DNA of 64,000 bases from a virus, in IMG/VR virus record IMGVR_UViG_3300043446_004500, positions 32,001 to 96,000 of that record; one strand, 5' to 3'. Position 1 is the stretch's first letter, and each line of letters begins with the position of its first letter. A model generated the notes under the pieces. The model saw only the letters and a list, made by a program, of their open reading frames with translations, had not been told where the DNA came from and did no database searches. The position numbers were made by a program, and so were the translations under genes. Below are positions 27,592 through 37,674 of this stretch, piece after piece.

Positions 27592-27824
27592 AATCAAAAG
27601 TTATTTTTGAACGAGAAGGATATCGTTTTATTGAAGCAGGTATTCTAGAAATTAATGGGAAACCAGACTATAGAATGCAAAAACAAAATTATTATACAAA
27701 ACGTTGGAACGATATTTATCTTTTTGATAATGGTATGCAGTGTTCTCTAGCAATGGAAGACATTGAATATGCTCGTTGGCTTGATCCAGATAGAGTTCCT
27801 TGTTATGTGAGAGATGATGATTAA
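27588..27824 (+). CDS. Hypothetical protein
   Basis: ORF coupled to the upstream gene. Confidence 0.7.
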   Translation: MKSKVIFEREGYRFIEAGILEINGKPDYRMQKQNYYTKRWNDIYLFDNGMQCSLAMEDIEYARWLDPDRVPCYVRDDD

Positions 27825-27834
27825 ATAGTTAAAT

Positions 27835-28180
27835 AGTCACGGAGAGACTTAAAAAGTACTGGTCGGGAGCAAACCCCTTATGTCCAAAACAAGTGTCCTA
27901 AGATATCTTGGGAACCTTCTCCTCATTATTGGTTATCAAACTATGTTATGGGGAGATTTTAAATTTGGTTTGATGATAAAATGTATTGGAGGATTACTAA
28001 CAGTGCCTTTTGCTATCAAACTCAAACTCTGGGATGTACTATTCCTATGCGCTTTCTTTGGTATTTCCGAGATATCAAAGGTTGTACAACTTTTCTTAGT
28101 TAGTATAAACTAAGTGGTGGAACCAAATGACCCCCTTTATGAGTTTCCAATTTCTCTAAAAAATTGGTGGCGAGCCTGAG
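27835..28180 (+). ncRNA. manA/wcaG-like cyanophage RNA motif modules flanking a small ORF
   Basis: AGTC..GACT hairpin plus CTGGTCGGGA; two repeated units TTTC-NNNN...N'N'N'N'-GTGG ending GTGGCGAGCCTG; upstream of an epimerase. Confidence 0.5.
27880..28113 (+). CDS. Small multi-pass membrane protein
   Basis: Hydrophobic 77-aa ORF. Confidence 0.6.
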   Translation: MSKTSVLRYLGNLLLIIGYQTMLWGDFKFGLMIKCIGGLLTVPFAIKLKLWDVLFLCAFFGISEISKVVQLFLVSIN

Positions 28181-28184
28181 TACA

Positions 28185-28214
28185 GAAGGTGGGTTGCATA
28201 AACCCACCTTTTTT
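28185..28214 (+). terminator. Intrinsic terminator
   Basis: AAGGTGGGTT/AACCCACCTT plus T run. Confidence 0.8.
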
Positions 28215-28257
28215 AGTATGATATATACTACAGACATAATTAAAATACTGAAAAATT

Positions 28258-29304
28258 ATGAGTCAATACGTTAAAACTGCACTTGTACTTGGTGCAGGTG
28301 GTTTTATTGGAAGTCATATGGTAAGAAGGCTTCGTTCTGAGGGATATTGGGTAAGAGGAGTAGATCTTAAGAGACCTGAGTTTTCGGAAACAGAAGCACA
28401 CGAATTTATTCAAGGAGATCTTCGTGATCTAACCTTTGTAGAAAGAGTTCTTCAGTACAAAGGTCCTTATTGCAATTTCTATAACTTTGTTCCTTCAAAA
28501 CATATTGATACTTTTGATGAGATCTATCAGTTTGCTGCTGATATGGGTGGAGCAGGATTTGTTTTTACTGGTGAGAATGATGCTGATATCATGCACAACT
28601 CTGCAACTATTAACCTCAACGTCCTTGAAGCACAAAGACAACTGAATGATTTTAGAGGAGTAAATAAGACCAAAATCTTCTATTCTGGATCTGCTTGTAT
28701 GTATCCAGAGCACAATCAACTTGACCCAGATAACCCTGATTGTCGTGAAGAATCGGCATATCCAGCAAATCCAGACTCAGAATATGGATGGGAAAAACTC
28801 TTCTCTGAACGTCTATACTTTGCTTACCACCGTAATTATGGTATCCCTGTTAGGGTTGCTCGTTATCACAATATTTTTGGACCTGAGGGAACCTGGGAAG
28901 GTGGAAGAGAAAAGGCACCAGCAGCCATCTGCCGTAAAGTTGCTTATCTCCCGTCCGAAGGTGGAACTATAGAAGTTTGGGGTGATGGTAAACAGACCCG
29001 TTCATTCCTTTACATTGATGAATGTATTGAAGCAACTCGCAGAATGATGGAATCGGATTTCATTGGACCCGTAAATATTGGTTCTGAGGAAATGGTAACT
29101 ATCAACCAACTTGTTGATACTGCTGCTAAAGTTTCTGGTAAGAAAGTAGAGAAAAATCATATTAATGGTCCTCTTGGAGTTCGTGGTCGTAATTCCAATA
29201 ATGATTTGATTCGTGAAAAACTTGGTTGGGATTATTCCCAATCTCTTGAAGAGGGTATTCGTAAGACATACGAATGGATTAGTGAACAAATTGCAAAAGG
29301 TTGA
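28258..29304 (+). CDS. NAD-dependent sugar epimerase (GDP-mannose 3,5-epimerase-like)
   Basis: GAGGFIG, AADMGGAGF, YGWEK, REKAPAAICRK. Confidence 0.92.
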   Translation: MSQYVKTALVLGAGGFIGSHMVRRLRSEGYWVRGVDLKRPEFSETEAHEFIQGDLRDLTFVERVLQYKGPYCNFYNFVPSKHIDTFDEIYQFAADMGGAGFVFTGENDADIMHNSATINLNVLEAQRQLNDFRGVNKTKIFYSGSACMYPEHNQLDPDNPDCREESAYPANPDSEYGWEKLFSERLYFAYHRNYGIPVRVARYHNIFGPEGTWEGGREKAPAAICRKVAYLPSEGGTIEVWGDGKQTRSFLYIDECIEATRRMMESDFIGPVNIGSEEMVTINQLVDTAAKVSGKKVEKNHINGPLGVRGRNSNNDLIREKLGWDYSQSLEEGIRKTYEWISEQIAKG

Positions 29305-30143
29305 ATATGGATTTAAGTATTGTTCTAGGTGGCCGTGATGATAATTACGGTGAAAATTTTATTGAGAGATTAAATCAAGCATTAACAGCAAATATAAAAA
29401 ATCTAGATCAAACTGATTTAGATTATGAAATTATTGTTGTAGATTTTAATCCATTAGATCAAAAGTATCTGCACAATAATTTAATTCTCAAAGAAGTTCT
29501 ATCAAATTCGAGAGTGAGAAATATTGTTATTGATCCTTCTGTATCTGAGGAAGAGGATTTGTCTCCTGGCACTTACTATGAGTATTTTGCTAAAAATGTA
29601 GGAGCAAAACGATCAACGGGAGAATTTATTTTTACTACAAATTCTGACATTATTCTTTCAAAATCGTTGATTAATGATATTAAACACGAGTTGGGTAATG
29701 AGGAAAGAAATGATCTTTTCTATCGTTGTAGGTATAGGGGAGAAATAAATCTGGGATTTGATCCTGATGACAATACTCCAGCAGCAGATTTGCATAATCC
29801 ATCTTTTCCTGATGCTTGTATTTGTGGATTGTTCTCTGGAGATGCTACAATGTTTACTAGAGAAGTATTCTTCAATGTAGCAACTGGTTATAATGAAGGA
29901 GAAAAGAGGCATAGAACTCATCTCAGTCAATCTGCAATGGATGGTGAAATTCTTTGGAATGTTTATAAGAAAGGCAAAAAACTAAAGTTTTTAGAATCAC
30001 CTTATTACCATATTAATCATGGTAGACCAAATCCAAGAGACAATTTTTACTCTCAGGATACTTACACTAACAAAGAAAATTGGGGATTTGTTGATTACAC
30101 CGAAGATAAACTAAACGAAAACACTATTTTGATTAGATCATGA
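29301..30143 (+). CDS. Putative glycosyltransferase (GT-A fold)
   Basis: GRDDNYG, KNVGAKR, TNSD. Confidence 0.7.
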   Translation: MNMDLSIVLGGRDDNYGENFIERLNQALTANIKNLDQTDLDYEIIVVDFNPLDQKYLHNNLILKEVLSNSRVRNIVIDPSVSEEEDLSPGTYYEYFAKNVGAKRSTGEFIFTTNSDIILSKSLINDIKHELGNEERNDLFYRCRYRGEINLGFDPDDNTPAADLHNPSFPDACICGLFSGDATMFTREVFFNVATGYNEGEKRHRTHLSQSAMDGEILWNVYKKGKKLKFLESPYYHINHGRPNPRDNFYSQDTYTNKENWGFVDYTEDKLNENTILIRS

Positions 30144-30907
30144 TTTTAGGACTAAAAAAATATCAAGAATATATTCTACACCCAGAATCTAGACTTTTAG
30201 GAACATATTCTACAGAAAGACTAACTTCAGAAAAAGAAGTAAAGTGTCCTTGGGGATCACCTGAAACAAACTCAGCAGATCCTGGGCATAAAAATGGAGG
30301 TCTTTTTGAAAGACATGGATTCAAATATCCAAATGGGGTAATTCACGTTGGAATGTGGAAATTTGAAGAGTCTGAGGACTATGAATATCTTGTTGATAGT
30401 AATGTCATTGGTATTGAAGCACATCCAGATGTATACAAAGATTATAGTAGAGTAACTTCTGATCTTTATGGATTTAAATCATTTAACTTTGCTGCAAGTG
30501 ATGTTGATGATGATTATGCGATTCTTTTTTGCAATCCCTATAGACAAGATACTAGTACAATATGTGCTAGTTATTTGAATGATAATGCTGAGTATGAAAT
30601 TAAAAAAGTAAAAACAAAAACTCTTGATACTTTTGTTGAAGAGAACAGTATTGATGTTAAAAAGTTTAATTTCTTAAATGTTGATGCTGAAGGTGCGGAA
30701 TACAAAGTTATTAAAGGATTTTCAAAAAATTTGAAGGATATTGACTATATTGTTTTAGAAACATCTGTGAATGATAGATTTGGAAATAATCAAGATCTGG
30801 ATGTTATTAATCCTTTTTTAGAAAAACATGGTTTTGAAATTAAAGAAATGGATGGCAACTTTCTTTATGAAGGTTGGGGTGATGTATTTTTTGCAAGAGT
30901 AAAATGA
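30140..30907 (+). CDS. FkbM-family methyltransferase
   Basis: VIHVG, IGIEA, KTLD, FLNVDAEGAE, WGD. Confidence 0.8.
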   Translation: MILGLKKYQEYILHPESRLLGTYSTERLTSEKEVKCPWGSPETNSADPGHKNGGLFERHGFKYPNGVIHVGMWKFEESEDYEYLVDSNVIGIEAHPDVYKDYSRVTSDLYGFKSFNFAASDVDDDYAILFCNPYRQDTSTICASYLNDNAEYEIKKVKTKTLDTFVEENSIDVKKFNFLNVDAEGAEYKVIKGFSKNLKDIDYIVLETSVNDRFGNNQDLDVINPFLEKHGFEIKEMDGNFLYEGWGDVFFARVK

Positions 30908-31710
30908 AACAGAAATTTAATCTAGTTGGAAATACTTTTACCCACCTTACAGATGGCAATAAAGGATATTCTGTTCACGGGAAAGAATCTAAATTTATTG
31001 AATGGGTGAAAGATGGAAGTGGTAATGCCACTTTTTATATTGACAGTACTCTATCTCAAGCACAGTTTGATGATGTTTCTGGACCAAAATATGGATGGTT
31101 ATTGGAGTCTCAATATATTACTCCTCAGATTGTAGATTCTGTAAAAATGTTTCCAGAAAAATATTTGGAATCATTTGATGCAATTTTTACTCACAATCAA
31201 GAACTTCTTAAAATTGATTCTAAGTTTAAGTGGGTTCCTGCCCAAGGATTTTGGATTAAAGAACCTAAAATTTATGAGAAATCAAAAATGATTTCTATGA
31301 TTGCATCAAATAAAAGAATGTGTGATGGGCATAGGATTCGTTTAGAGTGGATAGAAAGATTGTGGGGACAAGTAGATCTTTACGGTAGAGGATTTAATGA
31401 AATTGCTCTAAAAGAAGAAGGTTTATGTGATTATATGTTTTCTGTTGCTATTGAAAATGGACAATATGAGACATATTTCACAGAAAAGATTTTAGACTGT
31501 TTTGCTACTGGAACTATTCCAGTTTATTTGGGTGCTCCTGATATTGGAAACTATTTTAATAAGAAAGGTATTATTGATCTTACTGAAGAATTTGACGTAT
31601 CCGATGAAATTTATTATAGTAAGATGGATGCAATTAAGGACAATTTAGAACGTGCTAAGAAAATGGAAATTTTGGAAGATTTCATTTACGAAAATTATCT
31701 GAGAGGTTGA
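30904..31710 (+). CDS. GT10-like (alpha-1,3-fucosyltransferase-like) glycosyltransferase
   Basis: YMFSVAIEN...YFTEKILDCFATGTIPVYLG. Confidence 0.82.
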   Translation: MKQKFNLVGNTFTHLTDGNKGYSVHGKESKFIEWVKDGSGNATFYIDSTLSQAQFDDVSGPKYGWLLESQYITPQIVDSVKMFPEKYLESFDAIFTHNQELLKIDSKFKWVPAQGFWIKEPKIYEKSKMISMIASNKRMCDGHRIRLEWIERLWGQVDLYGRGFNEIALKEEGLCDYMFSVAIENGQYETYFTEKILDCFATGTIPVYLGAPDIGNYFNKKGIIDLTEEFDVSDEIYYSKMDAIKDNLERAKKMEILEDFIYENYLRG

Positions 31711-31711
31711 A

Positions 31712-32215
31712 ATGAATAATATTTCAAAAATGTTTAAGAAATATCGAAAAGGATGCTCTTACTTTATTGAAACGGGCACATATAAAGGATATGGAATTGA
31801 CGCGGCCAAAGATGTTGGATTTGAAAAATACTATAGTGCAGAATATTTAACTTCTCTTTATAAGGAGTGTTTGGAAAAATTCAAAGATCATGATGATATA
31901 TTCCTCTATAATGGATCTTCTGAAGATTGTTTAGAATCATTTCTTGATGAAGTTGATAAAAGAAGTCTATTTTGGTTAGATGCTCACGACAGCTTTGGTA
32001 CTGGTGGTGGAGTTCCTACATTTGAAGAACTTAAAATAATTAAAGAACATCCAATCAAAAATCATACTCTTTTGATTGATGATATTCCTCTTTATTTTGG
32101 AGATGGTCAAGAATTAAAGGAACGAATTCTGGAAATAAATACAAAATACAAATTTAAAACACACGATCCAGATACAAGACCAGATTACATTTTGGTTGCG
32201 TATATTGATGAATGA
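31712..32215 (+). CDS. Class I SAM-methyltransferase-like protein
   Basis: FIETGTYKG, FWLDAH, LIDD. Confidence 0.7.
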   Translation: MNNISKMFKKYRKGCSYFIETGTYKGYGIDAAKDVGFEKYYSAEYLTSLYKECLEKFKDHDDIFLYNGSSEDCLESFLDEVDKRSLFWLDAHDSFGTGGGVPTFEELKIIKEHPIKNHTLLIDDIPLYFGDGQELKERILEINTKYKFKTHDPDTRPDYILVAYIDE

Positions 32216-32250
32216 TGTTAGTATTACTAATTCGAAAAGAGATTTGAATA

Positions 32251-33162
32251 ATGAAAAAATTTATCGTAACAACAACAATCAATAGTCCAACTATTGCCAC
32301 TAAAAAATTCTGCGAATTTAAAGATTGGACTTTAATAGTAGTTGGCGATACTAAAACTCCTCATCGTGAATATGAGGATTTAGATTGCATTTACTTGTCT
32401 CCTGATGAACAGGAAAATATTAGTAAAGAACTTTCTGATATTATTGGATGGAAAAGTATTCAACGAAGAAACGTTGGGTTCCTCTTTGCATATCAACAAG
32501 GCGCAGACATTGTTGCAACAGTTGATGATGATAATATTCCTTATGATGATTGGGGGAAAGATGTTTATGTTGGACAAGAGATAGAGTGTGACCTTTATGA
32601 GTCGGAGCACGGTGTTTTTGATCCTCTTTCTGTAACTTCAAGAAATGAAGTTTGGCATCGTGGATATCCTATTGAATATGTTCCTACTCGTCATAGAGTT
32701 GAGTATAAAGGTAAAACAAAACGAAAGGTTTTAGTTCAAGCAGATTTATGGGACGGTGATCCTGATATTGATGCTATGGCAAGACTTTCAATTAAACCCA
32801 TTGTCAAGTATACTGATGTAACAAAACCATATTGTTCCAATCAAATTGCTCCATTTAATAGTCAGAATACTTTTCTTGCCCGTGAAGTAATTCCTTTTTA
32901 TTCAGTTCTTCCGCACATTGGCAGGATGGATGATATCTGGGGTTCTTATATTCTTCAACACTATTTCCCAAATTCAGTCATTTATAATAAAGCATCGGTT
33001 TATCAGGATAGAAACGTTCAAGATTTAATTACAAATCTTGAAAATGAAATTATTGGTTATAGGAATACTTTGAAACTCGTAAATAATCTGGAAAATTATG
33101 AAGACTATCTTCCAGAAAAAGCAAAATTGTTCTACCAAATTTATAGAAATTGTTTTAACTAA
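32251..33162 (+). CDS. STELLO/DUF288-like glycosyltransferase
   Basis: IVTTTIN, VVGDTKTP, DDDN, DPDIDA, PFNSQNT, RMDDIW. Confidence 0.8.
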   Translation: MKKFIVTTTINSPTIATKKFCEFKDWTLIVVGDTKTPHREYEDLDCIYLSPDEQENISKELSDIIGWKSIQRRNVGFLFAYQQGADIVATVDDDNIPYDDWGKDVYVGQEIECDLYESEHGVFDPLSVTSRNEVWHRGYPIEYVPTRHRVEYKGKTKRKVLVQADLWDGDPDIDAMARLSIKPIVKYTDVTKPYCSNQIAPFNSQNTFLAREVIPFYSVLPHIGRMDDIWGSYILQHYFPNSVIYNKASVYQDRNVQDLITNLENEIIGYRNTLKLVNNLENYEDYLPEKAKLFYQIYRNCFN

Positions 33163-33165
33163 AAA

Positions 33166-33999
33166 ATGTCTACTACTACAATTGTTGTCACTTCAAGAAA
33201 TGATGGATATGGCGGGAACCTTGAATTACGTGGTTCCCACGCATTAAATACTATGATCCAGCATTATGATGAAGTCATTTATGTGGATTGGAATTCGCCT
33301 AATGATGATAGTCTAATTAATCACTTAACATTGGAGGGAAAGGAAAACCTTCGTCACATTCAAGTAAAAAGATCAGATATTGAAAAAATAAATCCAAAAT
33401 TACTTGAACTGCCAATAGTTGAAGTTCTTGGAAGAAATATTGGTATTCGTAGAGCAAAATCTGATTGGATTGTTTCAAGTAACATTGACATTATGCCAGA
33501 CGAACTTGACACTTCCAATCTAGAAGAAAATGTCTTTTATGCAGTGGCACGAAGAAATGTTCCAGTTCCATTTTTTCAATCTGTAGAGAAAGACTTTTTT
33601 TCATATTGTAAGAAAAACGTTAATAAGTTTGAGCAAGCATACATCATAGAAAACGAACAATGGGCAGGGCAATACAATCCCTGGTCCTTGGTCGTTTGTT
33701 GTGGTGACTATCAATTAGCACATTCAAGTCTTTGGAATAGAATGAAAGGATTTGAAGAGAGAATGATATATAGAGACTGTGCAGACACTAATGTTATGAA
33801 GAAAGGAAAAATCTATGGTGATGATTCTAGAATTTTGGATCTAGATGTTTTTCATTTGGATCATAGTGGGCACGAAATGAAAGTTGGAGGAAAGTCGTTA
33901 TTTAATAGTTGGGATGAATATGTTGTAAATTTTGAAAATACTTTTAACGAAGATAGTTGGGGATTGGTTGACTATCCATTCTTTGAGGAGATAATCTAA
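33166..33999 (+). CDS. Putative glycosyltransferase (paralog of 29301)
   Basis: SRNDGYGG, VDWNS, RNIGIRRA, SNID. Confidence 0.7.
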   Translation: MSTTTIVVTSRNDGYGGNLELRGSHALNTMIQHYDEVIYVDWNSPNDDSLINHLTLEGKENLRHIQVKRSDIEKINPKLLELPIVEVLGRNIGIRRAKSDWIVSSNIDIMPDELDTSNLEENVFYAVARRNVPVPFFQSVEKDFFSYCKKNVNKFEQAYIIENEQWAGQYNPWSLVVCCGDYQLAHSSLWNRMKGFEERMIYRDCADTNVMKKGKIYGDDSRILDLDVFHLDHSGHEMKVGGKSLFNSWDEYVVNFENTFNEDSWGLVDYPFFEEII

Positions 34000-34619
34000 T
34001 GCTAGAAAACTATAATAAAAATAAAGATGGAATAATCTATCAAGTTGATAAGACTCCATTTGACTATACTGGTTCATACAACGAATATTATAAAAAGATT
34101 GAGTCTTATAGTTGGCATACTTCATATCTTCGTTTGGGTTATATTGTTGGTTCTATTGGAAGAGTTCCAAAAAGTATTTTGGATGTTGGGTATGGTACTG
34201 GTGCATTTTTGAAAGTGTGTGAGGATGAAATTGTAGATAGATATGGGCACGATATATCTGGATGGCAAGTTCCTGATGGATGCTTTTTTGTTGAAAATAT
34301 TTTAGAATCTGAATATGATGTAATTACATTTTTTGATTCTTTAGAGCATATGAATGACATTGAGTTTGTCAAAGATTTGAAATGTAATTACGTTTGTATA
34401 TCAGTGCCTTGGTGCCATAATTTTAGTGATGAATGGTTTAAAAGTTGGAAGCATAGAAAACCAGATGAGCATCTTTGGCACTTTAATGATCAATCTCTTC
34501 AAACATTTATGAGTAGGATGGGATACGAAACCATCAATGTATGTAATTTGGAAGATATTACTAGAAAAAATAATCAACCATATCAAAATATCCTTACAGG
34601 AATTTTTAAAAAACTATGA
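33999..34619 (+). CDS. SAM-dependent methyltransferase
   Basis: ILDVGYGTG, FDSLEH, EHLWHF. Confidence 0.85.
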   Translation: MLENYNKNKDGIIYQVDKTPFDYTGSYNEYYKKIESYSWHTSYLRLGYIVGSIGRVPKSILDVGYGTGAFLKVCEDEIVDRYGHDISGWQVPDGCFFVENILESEYDVITFFDSLEHMNDIEFVKDLKCNYVCISVPWCHNFSDEWFKSWKHRKPDEHLWHFNDQSLQTFMSRMGYETINVCNLEDITRKNNQPYQNILTGIFKKL

Positions 34620-35341
34620 CTAAAACTTGTTTAATATATCAACCTTTGGGACTAGGTGATATCATTTGGTTACTCCCAATCGTTGATACTATTATTAAAA
34701 GTGGATATAAAGTTTATTATCCAGTTGGTGATGTTTATTATGATATGGTTTCTGAATATATTGAAAAAGAAAATTTATTTTGGGTAAAGGAATCTGATGA
34801 TTTTCCATTAAAAGATTATTATGGATCTTTTAATGTTATTGATAAAGAAGATATTCTTTATTTGCCTTTAAGATTTGCTGATAGATATATTCCAAATTGC
34901 TCTGTAATGATCTCCAAGTATTACTTTTTATCCATTCCAATTGGTGATTGGAGGAAAAGTTTTGAATTAAAAAGAAATTATGACCGAGAAATGGTATTGA
35001 TGAAAAAATATAATTTAGATGATGATTATATTTTAGTTAATAAATCGTTCGGAACTGAATATCAGAATAGAGAATTGGTGATTGAATCTGATAAGAAAGT
35101 TCATTATATGGATATTGAAGAAGATAAGAAAAATGGATTTCACCTATTTGATTGGATTGGTGCTTTAGAAAATGCTGGTGAGATTCACACTGTAGAAACT
35201 TCTCTGTGCTTCTTAATTGACAAGTATTGTTTGAATAATAAGATTCATATGTATGAAAAGAGAAAGGAATCGGAAGAAAATACATATTATAAAAATATAA
35301 ATTTGCTTTTTAGAAATCCTAACTGGGTATATGAAAATTGA
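34616..35341 (+). CDS. Putative glycosyltransferase (GT-B fold)
   Basis: GLGDI N-terminal motif; EIHTVETS. Confidence 0.6.
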   Translation: MTKTCLIYQPLGLGDIIWLLPIVDTIIKSGYKVYYPVGDVYYDMVSEYIEKENLFWVKESDDFPLKDYYGSFNVIDKEDILYLPLRFADRYIPNCSVMISKYYFLSIPIGDWRKSFELKRNYDREMVLMKKYNLDDDYILVNKSFGTEYQNRELVIESDKKVHYMDIEEDKKNGFHLFDWIGALENAGEIHTVETSLCFLIDKYCLNNKIHMYEKRKESEENTYYKNINLLFRNPNWVYEN

Positions 35342-35702
35342 AGTTTCTAATGGAGAGATAGTAGATAAGTTTACTATACTTGAAATTAAAAAAGAAAAGT
35401 GCTATGATTCTAATAAATTATTTAATATTGAAAGAGAATTAAATTACTTGTCAATCATTGTATCATCTTTAAATGTTCCAGTAGATCTCATTGAATCTTT
35501 AAGAGATATTAATAAAAAACTTTGGGAAATAGAAGATGAGATTAGAACATTTGAAAAGAAATTTATTTTTGATGATGACTTTATATCTCTAGCAAGACTG
35601 GTTTACTATACGAATGATAAGAGATTTGAGATTAAAAACAAAATTAATAATCTAACTAATAGTAACTTTAAAGAAGAAAAAATTCTACCAGATTATGAAT
35701 AA
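35331..35702 (+). CDS. DUF6165-like protein
   Basis: VSNGEIVDKFTILEIK...LWEIED...NDKR. Confidence 0.75.
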   Translation: MKIEVSNGEIVDKFTILEIKKEKCYDSNKLFNIERELNYLSIIVSSLNVPVDLIESLRDINKKLWEIEDEIRTFEKKFIFDDDFISLARLVYYTNDKRFEIKNKINNLTNSNFKEEKILPDYE

Positions 35703-36036
35703 TAGAGAAACGAGACCTTGGGGTTGGTTTGAAACAATAGAAGAAGCACCAAACTACAAGTTAAAAAAGATTTATGTAAATCCGAATCAACAATTTTCAC
35801 TTCAATACCATAATAATCGTGATGAACATTGGATTATTGTTGAGGGTACTGGAGTTATTACCTTAGGGGAGGAAAAATCTTTTGCAAAAGAAAATGATTC
35901 ATATTTTATAGAAAAAAAATTAACTCACAGAATGAGTTCTGGAAATAATGGTATTTTGTTCTATGAAGTTCAGATGGGAATTTGTGAAGAAGAAGATATT
36001 GTTAGAATTGAAGATGATTATGGGAGAGTAAAATGA
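35695..36036 (+). CDS. Mannose-6-phosphate isomerase-like cupin
   Basis: RPWG, SLQYHNNRDEHW, EVQMG...EEDIVR. Confidence 0.88.
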   Translation: MNNRETRPWGWFETIEEAPNYKLKKIYVNPNQQFSLQYHNNRDEHWIIVEGTGVITLGEEKSFAKENDSYFIEKKLTHRMSSGNNGILFYEVQMGICEEEDIVRIEDDYGRVK

Positions 36037-36875
36037 CTATAGGATATAATCGTTTGGGATCCAATGGAAGACTTGGAAACCAAATGTTTCAGTATGCAGG
36101 ACTTCGTGGAATTGCAGCACATAAAAATTATGAGTGGATGATTCCTGAACCTGTAAGTTATGGTGATAGTAACTATGGATTATTTGACTGTTTTGAAATG
36201 TCCACAGTTGCAAAAAAGAATTTTGGATTTGTAAAAGGACAATCAATTCAAACTGGGTGCTTTCATTTCAGTCAAGAATTTTTTGATAACTGCCCAGACA
36301 ATGTAAATCTTCATGATTATTTTCAAACCGAAAAATACTTTGAAAATATAACCGACACTATTCGTGAAGACTTTACTTTTAAGAAAGAAATATTGAATCC
36401 TTGTTTAGAAATCATTGGTGAACTGGATAGTCCAATTTTTATTCATATTAGAAGGGGAGATTATGTAAACCAACCCAATAATCATCCAGTTTGTCCATTT
36501 TCTTATTATGAAAAATCATTAGAACTATTTGATAATAATTCTCCAGTTCTTGTTTTTTCTGATGATCTTGATTGGTGTAGGGAAAATTTTAAAGATGATA
36601 GATTTCTAATTCCAACAGAAAATCCCATGTATAATCATCTGTCTGATACGAATGATGGTAGAGTTAACTCATTTATTCCATATTATGATCTTTGTATGAT
36701 GTCAATGTGTTCTGGAGCAATTATTGCAAATAGCTCCCTAAGTTGGTGGGGTGCTTGGTTAATTGAAAACCCAAATCAACCAATTGTTGCTCCAATTCCT
36801 TGGTTTGGAGAAAACTATGGTCATTTTATAATGAAAGATTTAATTCCTGAGAGGTGGGTAATAAAGAATGTATAA
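36033..36875 (+). CDS. GT11 alpha-1,2-fucosyltransferase
   Basis: GRLGNQMFQYA, HIRRGDY, FSDD, ANSSLSWW. Confidence 0.9.
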   Translation: MTIGYNRLGSNGRLGNQMFQYAGLRGIAAHKNYEWMIPEPVSYGDSNYGLFDCFEMSTVAKKNFGFVKGQSIQTGCFHFSQEFFDNCPDNVNLHDYFQTEKYFENITDTIREDFTFKKEILNPCLEIIGELDSPIFIHIRRGDYVNQPNNHPVCPFSYYEKSLELFDNNSPVLVFSDDLDWCRENFKDDRFLIPTENPMYNHLSDTNDGRVNSFIPYYDLCMMSMCSGAIIANSSLSWWGAWLIENPNQPIVAPIPWFGENYGHFIMKDLIPERWVIKNV

Positions 36876-37674
36876 TTTAACTTTTCTTATTCCAATTAGA
36901 ATTGAGACTGAAGATAGACTAAGAAACGTCATATCTTCAGTTTCTTATTTGCTTAAAAATATTCCAGCAAAGGTACTAGTTAAAGAGGTATCAAATCATC
37001 CTACTTTCCAATTTAGAGCAATTCCAGAAATTAAAAAGCACATAGATACGTCAAATCTTGAATATCTTTATGAAGAATCTCAAGAACCTCTTTTTTGTAA
37101 AAGCAAAGTTTTGAATGATTTGATTGTTACATCATCTACCAAAGTTGTTGCAAACTATGATGCTGACTGTATTCTCCCAATTAGTTCATATCACCAGGCA
37201 TATAATGCAATCAATGATGATCAGGTAGACTTAGTGTATCCTTATGGTTGTGGGATTTATCAATGGAGAGCAGAATATAATTCGGAGATTTATGAAAAGT
37301 TTATTAAATCTTTAGACATTTCTATTTTAGATCAAAACAAATCTCTTTCTAATTCTACGATTGGGTGGACTCAATTTGTGAATAGAAAAAAATATATTGA
37401 GTCTTATATGATGAATGAAAACTTTATTTCTTGGGGATGTGAAGATGATGAATTTTATTATCGCATGAGTATGCTTGGAAATCGTATTGGAAGAATTGAT
37501 AATTATGTTTATCATTTAGAACATTCAAGAACTCATAACTCTTGGTTTAGTAATCCAAAATTTAATAGTAACTATCATCTTTGGAATCAAATTAAAACAT
37601 TTGACAGAAATAAACTGATAAGATATTATGAAAGTCAGGACTATGTAAAAAATCGCAGAAGTCAAATACAATGA
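36868..37674 (+). CDS. GT2/GT7-like glycosyltransferase
   Basis: YDAD; NENFISWGCEDDE; YHLEH. Confidence 0.8.
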   Translation: MYNLTFLIPIRIETEDRLRNVISSVSYLLKNIPAKVLVKEVSNHPTFQFRAIPEIKKHIDTSNLEYLYEESQEPLFCKSKVLNDLIVTSSTKVVANYDADCILPISSYHQAYNAINDDQVDLVYPYGCGIYQWRAEYNSEIYEKFIKSLDISILDQNKSLSNSTIGWTQFVNRKKYIESYMMNENFISWGCEDDEFYYRMSMLGNRIGRIDNYVYHLEHSRTHNSWFSNPKFNSNYHLWNQIKTFDRNKLIRYYESQDYVKNRRSQIQ

